A stretch of 64,000 bases of DNA. It comes from Paecilomyces variotii. Lineage: Eukaryota. The stretch lies in NCBI GenBank assembly GCA_004022145.1, contig RCNU01000007.1. One strand, written 5' to 3'. A model generated the notes under the pieces. The model did no database searches, was not told where the DNA came from, and saw only the letters and a program-made list of their open reading frames with translations. Below, in pieces: positions 38,376-49,649 of the stretch (the stretch's first letter is position 1; every line of letters starts with the position of its first letter). The translations under genes were made by a program, and so were the position numbers.

Positions 38376-38527
38376 TGCGAAGTCGTGGAGTATGAGCTCT
38401 TAACTACTTCTCTAACAGACGCTATCACAAGCATCCATAGCTCTCGATAAGACTACTTTGATTTCAAAAATATATTTCACATTCAGTTCACTGGTTCTAT
38501 CGTCCTTGATGTTACTCAACTCAAGGT

Positions 38528-40356
38528 CTACAACTCTCGCGTGAGATGATCCCTCGCCACAGGTTCTCTGGTATCAAACAGGCCTGCATATCTGTTTCCC
38601 AAGCCTGGAAAGGACATCAATGACGGTTCTTTTTCCTTGGACTCATCCTTATCTCCCAGGATCTCTTCCAACATCCATGCTATCCTCTCCGCGCCAAGTC
38701 TAGCTCCTTCGAGATTCGCCGCCCCAGGTCCGAGCTGGAGTGCTGCTAGACGACCGGTAACGAAAAGAGGAACGCCATGTTTCCACATAAGATCATCAGT
38801 AATGCAAGGCAGACCCTGTCGGATGTCTATTGGATAATCTCGGTTCATGTTCTGCAGACATGGAAGCGAGCTGACATCGGATTTTGCGCCTGTGGCGAAA
38901 TAGATATAGTCTATGCGGGGGAGGTCAGGAATCGGAGGATCCGTGGTGAGTGTCCATGTCTTTGACGATGGGTCGAATTCCTTGGAGACGATAACCGTGT
39001 GCGTGTGGATGGAGAGTCTTCCGCGAGCGACATGCTGTTTTAATATTTTGTAATATCGGGGCGTGATGCTGCCACCATTGCGTGCCTTCTGGATCATTTG
39101 GAGTCTTTCTTCTTCATCGTCGGCGGTCCAGAAAACTGCCTTTTCAAAGTTTCTGAACTTTCCCATCCACGGCAGGTCAATGTCGAAGTGTTTGACTGCT
39201 CCAAGAGTCAAAATTGTTTTCAGACCATATCCTCAACCGGGTATGAGCCTTACCTTTCAGTTCTCCTCGCAGGAAAAACCATACTTTGGTGATCCCTTTT
39301 CTTATAGCCATGTCCACTACCTGCGCAGACGAGAGTCCACCTCCCACAACTACCACGTTCGTTTCCTGGTGATTCTTGATCCGAGCTTTCACATTAGGAC
39401 TCGGGAAAGTCTTGATATCGAGACTATGACAGGCTCCCATCTCCTCCGTACTTGAGAGCTGCCAGGGGAATATTTTAGGACCTCCAGGTCCAATAGCCAG
39501 CACCACAGTGCGGCTATAAAATCTCCTGTCATCCTTTGTCGTGACGGTGAAGATCTTGTCGATTGACGAGTATTCGGGCACGATATCAAACTTGATATCC
39601 GCCACTTCTTGCTGTAATACCTGACCAGGGTTATCTAATCCATAGCGCGAAGCAACAGAAGAGCAATAGTCTTGGAAGAGTTTCGTGGATGGTGAGAAGT
39701 AATCTTTGCGATCACGCTCGTTGATCTCCACTTCACCGGTCGTTATTCTTCACGGTGTCAGACTTGCAGTATACTCGGCGCAAGGAAGGAGTTAACACAT
39801 ACCTTGCCTTGGTCCTCTTCTTCTTTTTATGCTTGCTCATCTCCTGTCCAACACATCCAGGAATCTCCCAGAGTTCCTTCTCCCTGCCATTTTCCATGGT
39901 GAAGGCGAGCATGCCGTCTCGGTCTCCCGGATCGACATGGAAGAACATAGGACTTCGAAGCTGCTCTATCTCCAGCGTTCGGAAAGACCTGTTCCAACGT
40001 TCCATCCAGCGATCTCCAGACCCATCCAGCACGAGTGTCGAATACTTCGATGACGGTGGTTCCGGCTGCGATTGACAACCTTTTCGACCACAGCAACTGC
40101 TCCCTCTGGAACCGGTATACTTCTCTGCCTTGACGCCGTTCATCTTCTTGTTATGCGCCCGAACGAGTGCCATATGGCCGCTGTGCCGCTTGATCCAATG
40201 ATATCGTTGATGTTCCTCGTCCGTAAATATCGCAGAGGGCGTCTCCTCCTGCAGACGCGCCGCAACAGCCAGACCGCATGGTCCGGCACCGACAATCAAC
40301 ACATCAAGGACGTCAGGAAGATCAGGACTAAAGGACCCGTTCTGTGCCGTCGTCAT
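38528..40356 (-). CDS. FAD/NAD(P)-binding oxidoreductase (Lys/Orn N-monooxygenase-like fold), 3 exons
   Basis: FAD motif LIVGAGPCG, LRSPMFFHVDP, NAD(P) motif VVVGGGLSSAQ, YFATG, LGPGAANLEGAR. The three ORFs join in frame via GT-AG introns with donors near 39802 and 39253. Confidence 0.85.
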
Positions 40357-40582
40357 TTTAACTGTATCGTGCAGTCCTTTCGAATCTATATCGGATCGGT
40401 CCGGGACCCTCGCGTGATGGCTCTTTCGAAGAAAAACCGCAAATAAAAAGAGAATCACAACCAATCTCCTCTGAAACAGATTCAATTCAACGAAACCATA
40501 ATCGATTAATATATCATATTACGTATTAAAGGGGTCTCTTAACCTGCCTGGCCCTAACTCCCCGGGTACTCGTACTCTCATA

Positions 40583-40634
40583 GTTCCCAAGGTCCCCATT
40601 AGTTAAGATCCCCAATCGGTCCATCAAGGTCCCA
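40583..40634 (+). promoter_or_regulatory. Two candidate ZafA zinc-response motifs upstream of the FAD oxidoreductase
   Basis: GTTCCCAAGGTCCCC (40583-40597, 15/15) and TCCATCAAGGTCCCA (40620-40634, 14/15) against DYYVYCARGGTVYYY. Confidence 0.6.
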
Positions 40635-41494
40635 GCTATGATATCTAATCGATCGATCTGGGAAATCGGAAGCTTACTTAGCGCAGGTCATATAACTAAC
40701 TATGGTAATATTCGATTGCTCAGAAATCACGATCTGATTCCAGTTAGCTCTGTGGATCTACTAGAGGGCGTTGTGAAGTGGTAGGAACTACCAAGTTACT
40801 TATCTGCCTACTAACTACCATTGCATGCTCTAGGGTTAACTCGAGTCCTGGAGCGATGACCAACTAAGTCCAGGTCAATCGTGTCCACTTCCAGTGTAGT
40901 AAGACTCGGGTATCACGTCCTGGGTTTTCGTAACATCCTGTCCTCATTCGCGGCAGTAGAGAGAGTGTATACGATGGTAGATGATGTGAGGTTTTTGCAT
41001 ATCGAAGAATAGATTACCTGAATACTTCGTGTGGGCGTAATTCAAAATGGAGTTTTGCTCTCTTTGGGTAATTTGAGGTATACACATTACGTGATAATGA
41101 CTGGCGTTAGCAGAAGCCGGCTTAATTCCGGCCAAGTCGTTCAGCTTTTCCGTAGCTCTTGGTGCACTGATTGGAAAAAAGACAACCAGTGTCATGGAGA
41201 AGAAATACATGCAAGAAAGCCCCCATATACATCTACATTACATATCAGACGTGATGAGTATATTGTTGAGAACAATATATCGAGAGGGCTTGCGGTGGAA
41301 CAGTGACCATGTTTATGAGATGTTAGACAGAGAAATTAAATATGTCCAAAACAGAGATGGTATATTGGGCATACTGTATTATTCTATGCATAATATTATG
41401 GACCTGAACTAACGGAAGACGAATACTATCTGGACAGAACTAGAAACCAGAAACATAAAACCTCTTCTGCATGATAGTCAAATATGTTCACAAT

Positions 41495-43501
41495 TCACTT
41501 GTGCCATTTCTTCGTCTTCCCTTCTGCCGTACTAGCTTTGGCACGAGCTGAACCTCCTTCACGACGATGCCAAGCATCTTGGGGCCAAACCCAGCCTCGA
41601 GAACGTTTTGCGTCGCGACGCTCTGAGAGCTGTGGCTCCGGAATCCATTTGTCTCTTCCTTCTGGCAGAACACGTTGACGGGTAAGTGCGCCGGGCCCGC
41701 CGACATTCAGATGGCCGGACGGTTGATCCGGCAATGGGACCGATTTCGAAAGCATGAGAAGAAAATATAGAGCCATGCTTGCGGTCATGGGGACGTTCAG
41801 GTTGTCTGGCTGCCCGTCGGGGTCGTTGCAATCCGGTGGAGACACGCTGCGTGAGGAGTCTGTGGTAGCGGGGGAGTGAAAAGGAGGATAATTGTCCACT
41901 GTGTTGCCAGAGACATTGTCGAAGCTGGCTGACGATGTCTTTGTCGCTATTGGAGTCGCCAGCTCTAGAAAACCGAAATAAGGCACGTCATCGCCCTCGT
42001 CGCAACCAGCACGGACACAGACAAGCTCAATTTCCGTCATGATGAAGCCATACCGGCAGGAATGTTCACGCATACAACGTTGAAGATGGGACAGTCCATT
42101 GAGGTACTCAACTCGCCGATGAGGCGCTTCGTTGCGCATTCCAGTGTTCCAGCGATCGAAGCTCTTGACGACTCCAACGACTCGACCGCGCGGAGAGCCA
42201 GAAGTCGTACGTTCGGTGTCCGAGGCGTAATTTGCGAGGAAATGGGGGCCGCCAGCTCTGTTTCCCGCACTGTTTGCATCTGGAGAGACATAAAGAGACA
42301 AATGGTCTGGACCTTGAGACACTGCCAATGCAGCATTAACACGCAGGGCATAGACATCCCGTAAGAGTTCCACGAGAGCTGTTTCAGACTCAGGAGACAG
42401 ACGTGAAGATGGAACGATAGCTGGAGGGGCAAGGTGTTCTGGGATTTCCGTCGTCAATAGCTTGGTGAGTCCGCTGATGCAGTTGATCGTCTCCAGTGAG
42501 AAAGACGACCAGCTACGGAGGTTCCGGATGTCCCACCAGAAGTAGCTCTGCAGACCGCGACTGGGGACAACACTCAAATTATGCACTAAATTAATGGCCT
42601 GTGTTGGGCCGGTAAGATAATCAAGAAGCGTGGTGGACGGTGCACGCTCCGCTGTAGGAATTACCCGGGCCAGCGATGTAATGGGTACGTTCAGAGCAGA
42701 ACCCATATAGTTCGCTTGCGCAGTAAGGGCAGTAGTAGTATTATACATGGGCTGCAGCTGAGCCAGGCCGTCCAGCGGCGGAGCTAAGCTGCTGGCAAGG
42801 GGTTGAGAATAGATTGGGTTGACAAGAAGGCCAGGAGTGGCCGGGGTAGTAGGCGTGACTTGTGACTGGGAGACATACTTCGGGAGCTGTCTATAGGTGG
42901 GATAACCGTAACGGCTTAGAGTTGCTTCATCGATACTCGAAGCAGAGCCGGAACGAGAATGTCCACCAGAGACCTTGCGTCTATGAGAAGGCGTCAAGGT
43001 TACTGGTGACCCAGCAAGAGAGGCACGACCAGCAGTGATTGTCGGAGTGGTCGATGCGGGTGACACGACCGCACAGTCCGCGGTAGAGGAGTCGATAAAG
43101 CTCACCCTTTGAATGGCAGGGCGGTTGGACGGATAAGGAACGAATCCAGGCGGGTTGCGCGTATTAGACAGAACTCGACGATGACGTTGAGGTCCACCAG
43201 CGGATGCAGGCTCAACGACGATGTCCTGTGGTCTGATCTTGGGCAGTAAAGCTGGGACATGTTGTCTAGCTGGTGATCTGCTTGGGGTAGTTGTGCCAGT
43301 GACCACAGACGCAGGAGAAGAGTCGTTGGAGTAGGCCGAGGAGCCAGAAGTGGCATGGCCAGTTTCACTCCAAGTAGGAATGGCTGCCGAAACTGGAGGT
43401 GTCATGGGTCTGGTATAGTAATAATCCGAATGCATGTAACCGTTAATGGTACCATCAGCGGGTGACGACGGCTCAAACGATCCAGCGTAAAAGCTCGACA
43501 T
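41495..43501 (-). CDS. Conserved hypothetical fungal protein: Ser/Pro/Thr-rich N-terminus and globular C-terminal domain
   Basis: 668-aa uninterrupted ORF. C-terminal block YFWWDIRNL...VVGVVKSFDRW...CMREHSCRYGFIMTEIELVCVR looks conserved and folded. Confidence 0.8.
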   Translation of the reverse strand: MSSFYAGSFEPSSPADGTINGYMHSDYYYTRPMTPPVSAAIPTWSETGHATSGSSAYSNDSSPASVVTGTTTPSRSPARQHVPALLPKIRPQDIVVEPASAGGPQRHRRVLSNTRNPPGFVPYPSNRPAIQRVSFIDSSTADCAVVSPASTTPTITAGRASLAGSPVTLTPSHRRKVSGGHSRSGSASSIDEATLSRYGYPTYRQLPKYVSQSQVTPTTPATPGLLVNPIYSQPLASSLAPPLDGLAQLQPMYNTTTALTAQANYMGSALNVPITSLARVIPTAERAPSTTLLDYLTGPTQAINLVHNLSVVPSRGLQSYFWWDIRNLRSWSSFSLETINCISGLTKLLTTEIPEHLAPPAIVPSSRLSPESETALVELLRDVYALRVNAALAVSQGPDHLSLYVSPDANSAGNRAGGPHFLANYASDTERTTSGSPRGRVVGVVKSFDRWNTGMRNEAPHRRVEYLNGLSHLQRCMREHSCRYGFIMTEIELVCVRAGCDEGDDVPYFGFLELATPIATKTSSASFDNVSGNTVDNYPPFHSPATTDSSRSVSPPDCNDPDGQPDNLNVPMTASMALYFLLMLSKSVPLPDQPSGHLNVGGPGALTRQRVLPEGRDKWIPEPQLSERRDAKRSRGWVWPQDAWHRREGGSARAKASTAEGKTKKWHK

Positions 43502-45408
43502 GTCAGTTTTTTCGATGAGAGAAGTAGAAGAAAAGGTACAAAGTCAAAGCGGGAATATAGGAAGGGCCTGCTTCCTCGGTGTATGTCGACGGTAACGCCT
43601 AATGATTGGAGACAATGAGACACAGGAAAAGAACTGGGTTGGAGACAAGGCTGAACAACGAGGCCATCAGAACATTATTGGTGGAATGCGTACAATAGAC
43701 TGACTGATATGGAAAAGGAAATAGGGAACGTTTGAATGGACTGAAAAGATAATGAAGGACCAACGGAGAATGCTTGGATATTAAATGCTCCCAAGAGAGG
43801 AGTCCACCATGTAGAGAAAAGACAGAGTTATCCATCCAGTAAGTGGAACCAGAATAACATGAAACATGAAAGCAACTCCATAGCAGCCAGGTTCTCCATA
43901 GAGGCGCAACAGAGCTAAGCTTGAAGATCCATATTGGAACCTCAAGGGCCCGCTATAGTTCATGAGAAACGACGCGAGGCTCGTCCGGAGAGGCGCGCTG
44001 GCCGGGGCGGAATGATCACCAGCAGTCGCGCGCCAAAAGTCCTATATTTTGCATACCTGATCATGAGTTCATCCCCGTGTCGATCTTATGCTACGTAATT
44101 CCGGCGGTTAGCATGTCCAGAATTGCTTGAGGGAGTATAATTAGCAACATCAGCATAATCTATCAGGTCCTGACGTGGTCCATGCCATCTGGAGGACGGC
44201 GTCTGGCCGGCCCGGCTGCTCCTGGGCGGCAAGAATGATATATCATTATGGTAATGGAGCAGATAAGTTTAGTCCCAGGTTATTCTTGTCCAGAGCGCCG
44301 CCCATGGTGGGGAGAATAATCTCCCGAAGCGCCCAGGGCTCCAAGTGGACAGCAGCAAAATGACACTGGTACATTTTTTTGCTAGTAGGAGCGGTTGCAA
44401 TAGTCTCAAGCTGATACTATTTTGATAATGCCCAATCCGATGAGGTCAACAGTTCCAGTACGCGCTGGCCGTGAAGGCCGGCGTCACGCTCGCTCAATGG
44501 CTGCCACCATGATGAGCCCCCGGCGCGCGAAGGAACTGGCGAACGCTGATCGAAGGTAGGCGCAACGCCCGCTGGCAGAATTGCAGAAAACACAACCTCA
44601 TAAATGAAACGATTGGAGATGGACGTCAAGTAAAGAAGCACACTACTACGCGTGAGTCAGTGCGGAGGGATGATGGAGACGGTTCATGCAGGGAGAGATG
44701 GAGGAAGTTCGCAGGGAACGGAAGAGATTCTGCTCCAGACAAGCTGCGTCCCGTGCTCAGCAACGATCGCGATTGGCTTCATCGTTGTTTCATGTTTCTT
44801 TCCACCATCGCGTGAGTCAGAGAGACGGTGAAGAAGCAATAGTATCTTCCAATCTAGATCTGGTTGTTTTCTGCAGATATCTCGTTTTTTGTCTGTCGTG
44901 TTCGTGCCGTGTTTCACTTCTGTACGCTTCTTCCCCACGACGTGAAACAATCGAGAACTTCGAGCGTACGATAAATATGATAATCATGGAAGGTCGGACA
45001 GGGGTTTACATGCACAAGGATAGAGGTTACTCAAGAGACAAATGGCGGTTTCTCTATCTAAACTATTATAAATTCATATCTGACCGGGGAAAATGAAAGT
45101 CCTATGTGCATCGACACCCACTCTATTCAAGTGTCTACTCGATTAGATTATTCGACTGGCAGCCCTCTTCCACCGAGGATCCGCCTGTTCTTGCAAGCAA
45201 CGTCTATGGCTGCACATCTCGGTGCAGCTCTCGCTCGCACGTCCAACCCCGGGCCATCGCAGAGATGATCGTAAAAAGGAACGATATCCATGTCGCGACA
45301 AGGGGGAATATGGAAAAGACCAACGAAGAAAAAGAGAAGTGAGAAGAGCGGGTTATTTTCCCTTTTTCGTAAAAACCGCAACCTTGTCTCGCGGGACGTT
45401 TATCTCGT

Positions 45409-46974
45409 TCACGCCTTGATCTCATACTTCCGTCGGAACATGTCGTCCACTTCGGTCAGGTAGTAGGTGCCTGAGGGGATGGTCTCGATGTTGCCAGCCG
45501 GCTTGAAGTTCTTCTTCAGGTGAGCATGCTCACGGAGAAGGCACATCTGTCGCACAAAGTTAGTTGTCTATCCACCTACGAAAGAGACTAGAAGGCTCTT
45601 ACATCGTCGTAAGTCTGAGGAGGCACCGTTCTCCGGCTGTTCAGGCGGTTGTGCAGATCCAGCTTCTGGGCGATCGTCGAGATGTCGCCGACGATCTTCG
45701 CGCTGAACATAGAACTAGCCAGACCACTGCCGTAACTGAAGAATGCAATGCGCTTCGGCTGGCTGGGGTCGAACTTCACGTTGCTCAGAAGGCTGACCAG
45801 ACCGCCGTAGACACTGGCGGTGTACATATTACCGCACATGGTCGCCACCTCGGTGGTGGGCTGGACACGCTCGTTGAAGCGCTTCTTAGCCAAACCGACG
45901 AAGGTCTTCTCGACATTCTTATCGGAGAGCGACTTCTCGTAGTCGATGTCGCGCAGCTCGGGCGCAACGTCCGCAAAGGCCGGGTGGGAGGGGTTGGCCA
46001 GGTAGTCGTTGTAGAGCATCCGCGCGTAGGACTTGGAGACCAGCTTGCAGGTGGGGGAGTGGAAGACAACATGGTCAAAACGGTCCAGAGGAGTCTTGCT
46101 GTCGTCGTGCTCGACACCGTTGGTGCCGTTCTTGGCCTTCAGGGTCTGCTCGCGGGCGTTGTAGGCCTTGTAGCAGGCATCCACAGCCTGGGTGTAGCAC
46201 TTGATGGAGAAGTGGCCGTCGACGACGGGGTACTCGCTCGTCAGGTCGGGCTTGTAGAAGTCGTACGCGTGGCTGATGTAGGATCCACGCAGACCAGGCT
46301 CGAAAACGATGGGAGCATCGGGGCCGATGAGCATGGCCACGCAGCCCGCACCACCGGTGGGACGAGCAGCGCCCTTGGCGTACAGGGCAATATCACCGCA
46401 GACCACAATGGCGTCACGACCATCCCACGCAGAGGACTCAACCCAGTTGATGCTGTTGAAGACGGCGTTGGTGCCACCGTAGCAAGCGTTCACGGTGTCG
46501 ACTCCCTCAATATTGGTGTTACCGGAAGGCTCGAACAGCTGCATCAAGACCGACTTGACGGACTTGGACTTGTCGAGCAGAGTCTCGGTACCAACCTCCA
46601 GGCGGCCAATGGACTTGGGGTCGATGTTGTACTTGCGGAGGAGGGAGGAGAGGGTGGTGAGGGACATGGAGTAGATGTCTGCGGGGGTTCGGCCTGTCAG
46701 TTTGGAAATCGTCTAGTTCTCCCAAGGTGAAGATACTCACCTTCCCGGTCATCGCAGAAGCTCATCTTGGTCTGTCCCAGACCAATGGTGTACTTCCCCT
46801 CGCTGACGCCATCGAATTTCTCCAATTCTTTCTGGTCGACGCACTATCCAGAGAGTTAGAGCTCAGTCCCACTCTGTCTGCGCGAAGTACCGCCAGAGAA
46901 TTCAGGTGACATACCTGGCCAGGGAAGTAGATCTCAATGGCCTTAATGCCAACGTTCTGAGGACGAGCAGACAT
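45409..46974 (-). CDS. ERG13: Hydroxymethylglutaryl-CoA synthase, 4 coding exons
   Basis: [27 protein letters not shown], catalytic [29 protein letters not shown]; last exon ends ...[12 protein letters not shown]. Confidence 0.97.
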
Positions 46975-47082
46975 GGTGGCGGCGAAAAAGGAGGTCTGCT
47001 GGATACGGAAACTTTCTGTGTAGGCAAAGTGCGCAAGGAAATAGAACGCTGCAAAGACACAGAACGAAGGGACTCTGAGCAC

Positions 47083-47264
47083 CTAATAAGGACGGAGAAT
47101 ATGGTCAGCAGGCGTTTCCAATTTCGTCTGCACCACGTTGCAACAGCTTGGAGGATGAGGGTCGAGATTGTGGGACCACGAGGATCGTCGTCCTAATCCC
47201 CCAACATTGCACACAGGCGATAAGGAGAGCAAACGGGGAGGCACAAGAGCGCAAAATGACCTAC
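47083..47264 (-). other. Probable 5'UTR intron of ERG13
   Basis: GTAGGT donor, CTGAC branch site (~47104) and TAG acceptor on the minus strand upstream of the ATG. Confidence 0.5.
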
Positions 47265-49649
47265 CTCCTGGGACTTTGCACGGCGTGGATAGAGACGACA
47301 GCGAGGCTGGACTGGAGAAGACACAGGAGAGAAGTGTTATTTATGAGCAGCAACCCCCAAGCGTTGATGGCCACGACAGACCGCCAACGATCCTTTTTTG
47401 GTGGCCACACGGTGTGCTTACCGCCCCGCCATCAAACAGCCCCTGGCGTTGCTTCTCCCCTGGATGGCTTTCGCTCGACTAACTCGACCAAGTTGAACTA
47501 ATTATTCTTTTTGTGTCTTAGTGGACAGACTAGGCGTCCCGAACCCGATATCGCTGATGGCCGATACTGGCACCGGGAGGAGCACAGGGCAACTCAACAG
47601 TTCAGCAACCGCAGGCAGCGAGATTCTGCTGACTCTCTACGTTCCTGACTAGCAGGGGCGGAGGATTGGAATGCCTACAAGTCAGAATGATCCTTCCTCT
47701 CAGCTACAATCCCATCTTCGTCTGCCTAATATTTTTTTCATTTCCTTCATTCCGCCTCAATACGGAGCGTTCCTGCGGCCAAACGTGCAGCCGGTTTAGC
47801 CTCACGTGCCATCGCCGGCCAAGTGGAGCTCTCCCGTTATCTCATCTCGACCCATCATCGCATCGCATCTCATCTCGACGGTGGACCAGCCAGTCCAGAG
47901 ACTTGAAGAACCCTTTCAGATCAGATCGCATGAATAATGCCAAGCTAACACTGACAGGCCCCATCATCGGAAACTTATATAGTATGTCCTGCTTTTCCGG
48001 CTGCTACCGCACACGCCGCGTGTGAGAGGGGCTTACATGCAGCTGCCTCCACGAGGAAGGACGTGTGTACTAGGTATGTACAATTGGCAGGGATTCGAGA
48101 AAAAAGAAAAAACGATTCTAGTGCAGACTGGAACGGGCTATGATCTCACTAGGATCACGTTGCAGATGCTAAAGCGAAGCAGCTGCTGCAATCTCGCCAT
48201 GCGTCTCGTACTACGCATGTATGTACTTCGTTTCGTTGCTTCTGCTACGCAGACCCATCCGTGCCATGCCCAGACGAGCGGCGTCTTCCAAGTTCCAATA
48301 CGTGTACAGCCAGCAGCCATCTAATCTAATCTCATCGGAGTGGGGTGATGAAATACGACCTGTGTACTTGGTTTCTCGTGGCTATTCCTACGATTGGCCG
48401 TTTCCAAAGCCGTCAACCGGGGTCACATCCGTTCCTCGGCGGATACCACAGATTCCTTCGGTGATAATGCGGTTTGGAGCATCTGGATCTCTGAAGCTTT
48501 GTAAGCGCAGAATGGCCTGCAGAGTCGCTCGTAGCTAGTAGTCCCTTCTCTTACTCTGGCTTTTAGTAAGACGACAGAATAACTAGTTAAGACGTAGATA
48601 TCTTGTTTGGAGACAATTCGTATCCTGCTGCAGACTAATCACCATTCTCCAAATTTGGATTACGGCTGAGCTCAGAAATGATCGTGCTCACTTCGTCTGA
48701 CTCGCGTATTGGTTAGTCGTCGTATCTGCTTATGTGAGACAGCCTTGCAGTCTTTTTGTAATGTGATTATTATCTTCCCTGTATCTTGTCAATTCGTCCT
48801 TTCAGAGTTCAATTCGTCGTGCCTGTAAGCGCCTTGGTAGCCTTTGGGGGCTACAAAGAATAGGGTATGGGGGTACTTCATTCGATGTTCCTATCAAGAG
48901 ATGCAAAGATAAATACCAGATAACCAAACAGCCTTTCTGCAATGTTAGCACCGTGCCATATTGTATCTGAAAACATACAAATGTTTGCATGCTACGGCAC
49001 TAATCTCAAAATATATAAATGGCTGACGGGACAACCACAATAACCACCAGATACCCTCAGCGAGAAAGATCATGAGAACAATCCGTCTATCCCACAAGCC
49101 ATATTGTATGATTTAATTACTGGACAACATAATTGTCTGCCACTCGATAGGATAGTGGCTTATCGTCGTTATTATTGAGCTATTAGTTAATCTCCGGGCG
49201 AGTGGATGGAATCCCATACCGCTCTGTAGCACCAAGTAAAATATGCCAGTACCTGCATTTTTCAGACAGTCAAACTTTTGGCTATTAACAGGTCTATATT
49301 ATCTCAAATGAACTTCCCCGCGGAGAAGAAAGGTGAGTCTGGAGTAATAGTCGAGGGCACGAACCGTCGAGAGGCCAAGACTCGGCGCAGCAACTCGAGA
49401 CGTGGAGACCGACTGCGCCACGCGGTCTGGACGGTCCGGAGAGAGAAGTCCATATCCGTCAGGAGAAGAAACTCTCCACAAGATTCAATCTGACTACCGT
49501 CAACGCCTGTGGTGTCCTTCTTGATCCGGGGAGCAATGAGTCTGCCTCCGTCCGTCGCTCTTTTTGCCTTCAGAACATGACCCTGCGTATCTCTGCCTGT
49601 GTGACGTTCGATCCTCAGGGGCTCTGCGGAGCTCGGTACGACCGCCGCC

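Noticed and set aside
41251-41407. GTGATGA...CTGA with a TATATTGTT/AACAATATA hairpin as a possible C/D snoRNA
   Set aside because: No terminal stem or recognisable rRNA-complementary guide; it lies in an AT-rich 3' flank.
45564-46730. 388-aa plus-strand ORF antisense to ERG13
   Set aside because: Shadow ORF produced by the strong codon bias of the sense gene; no domain motifs.
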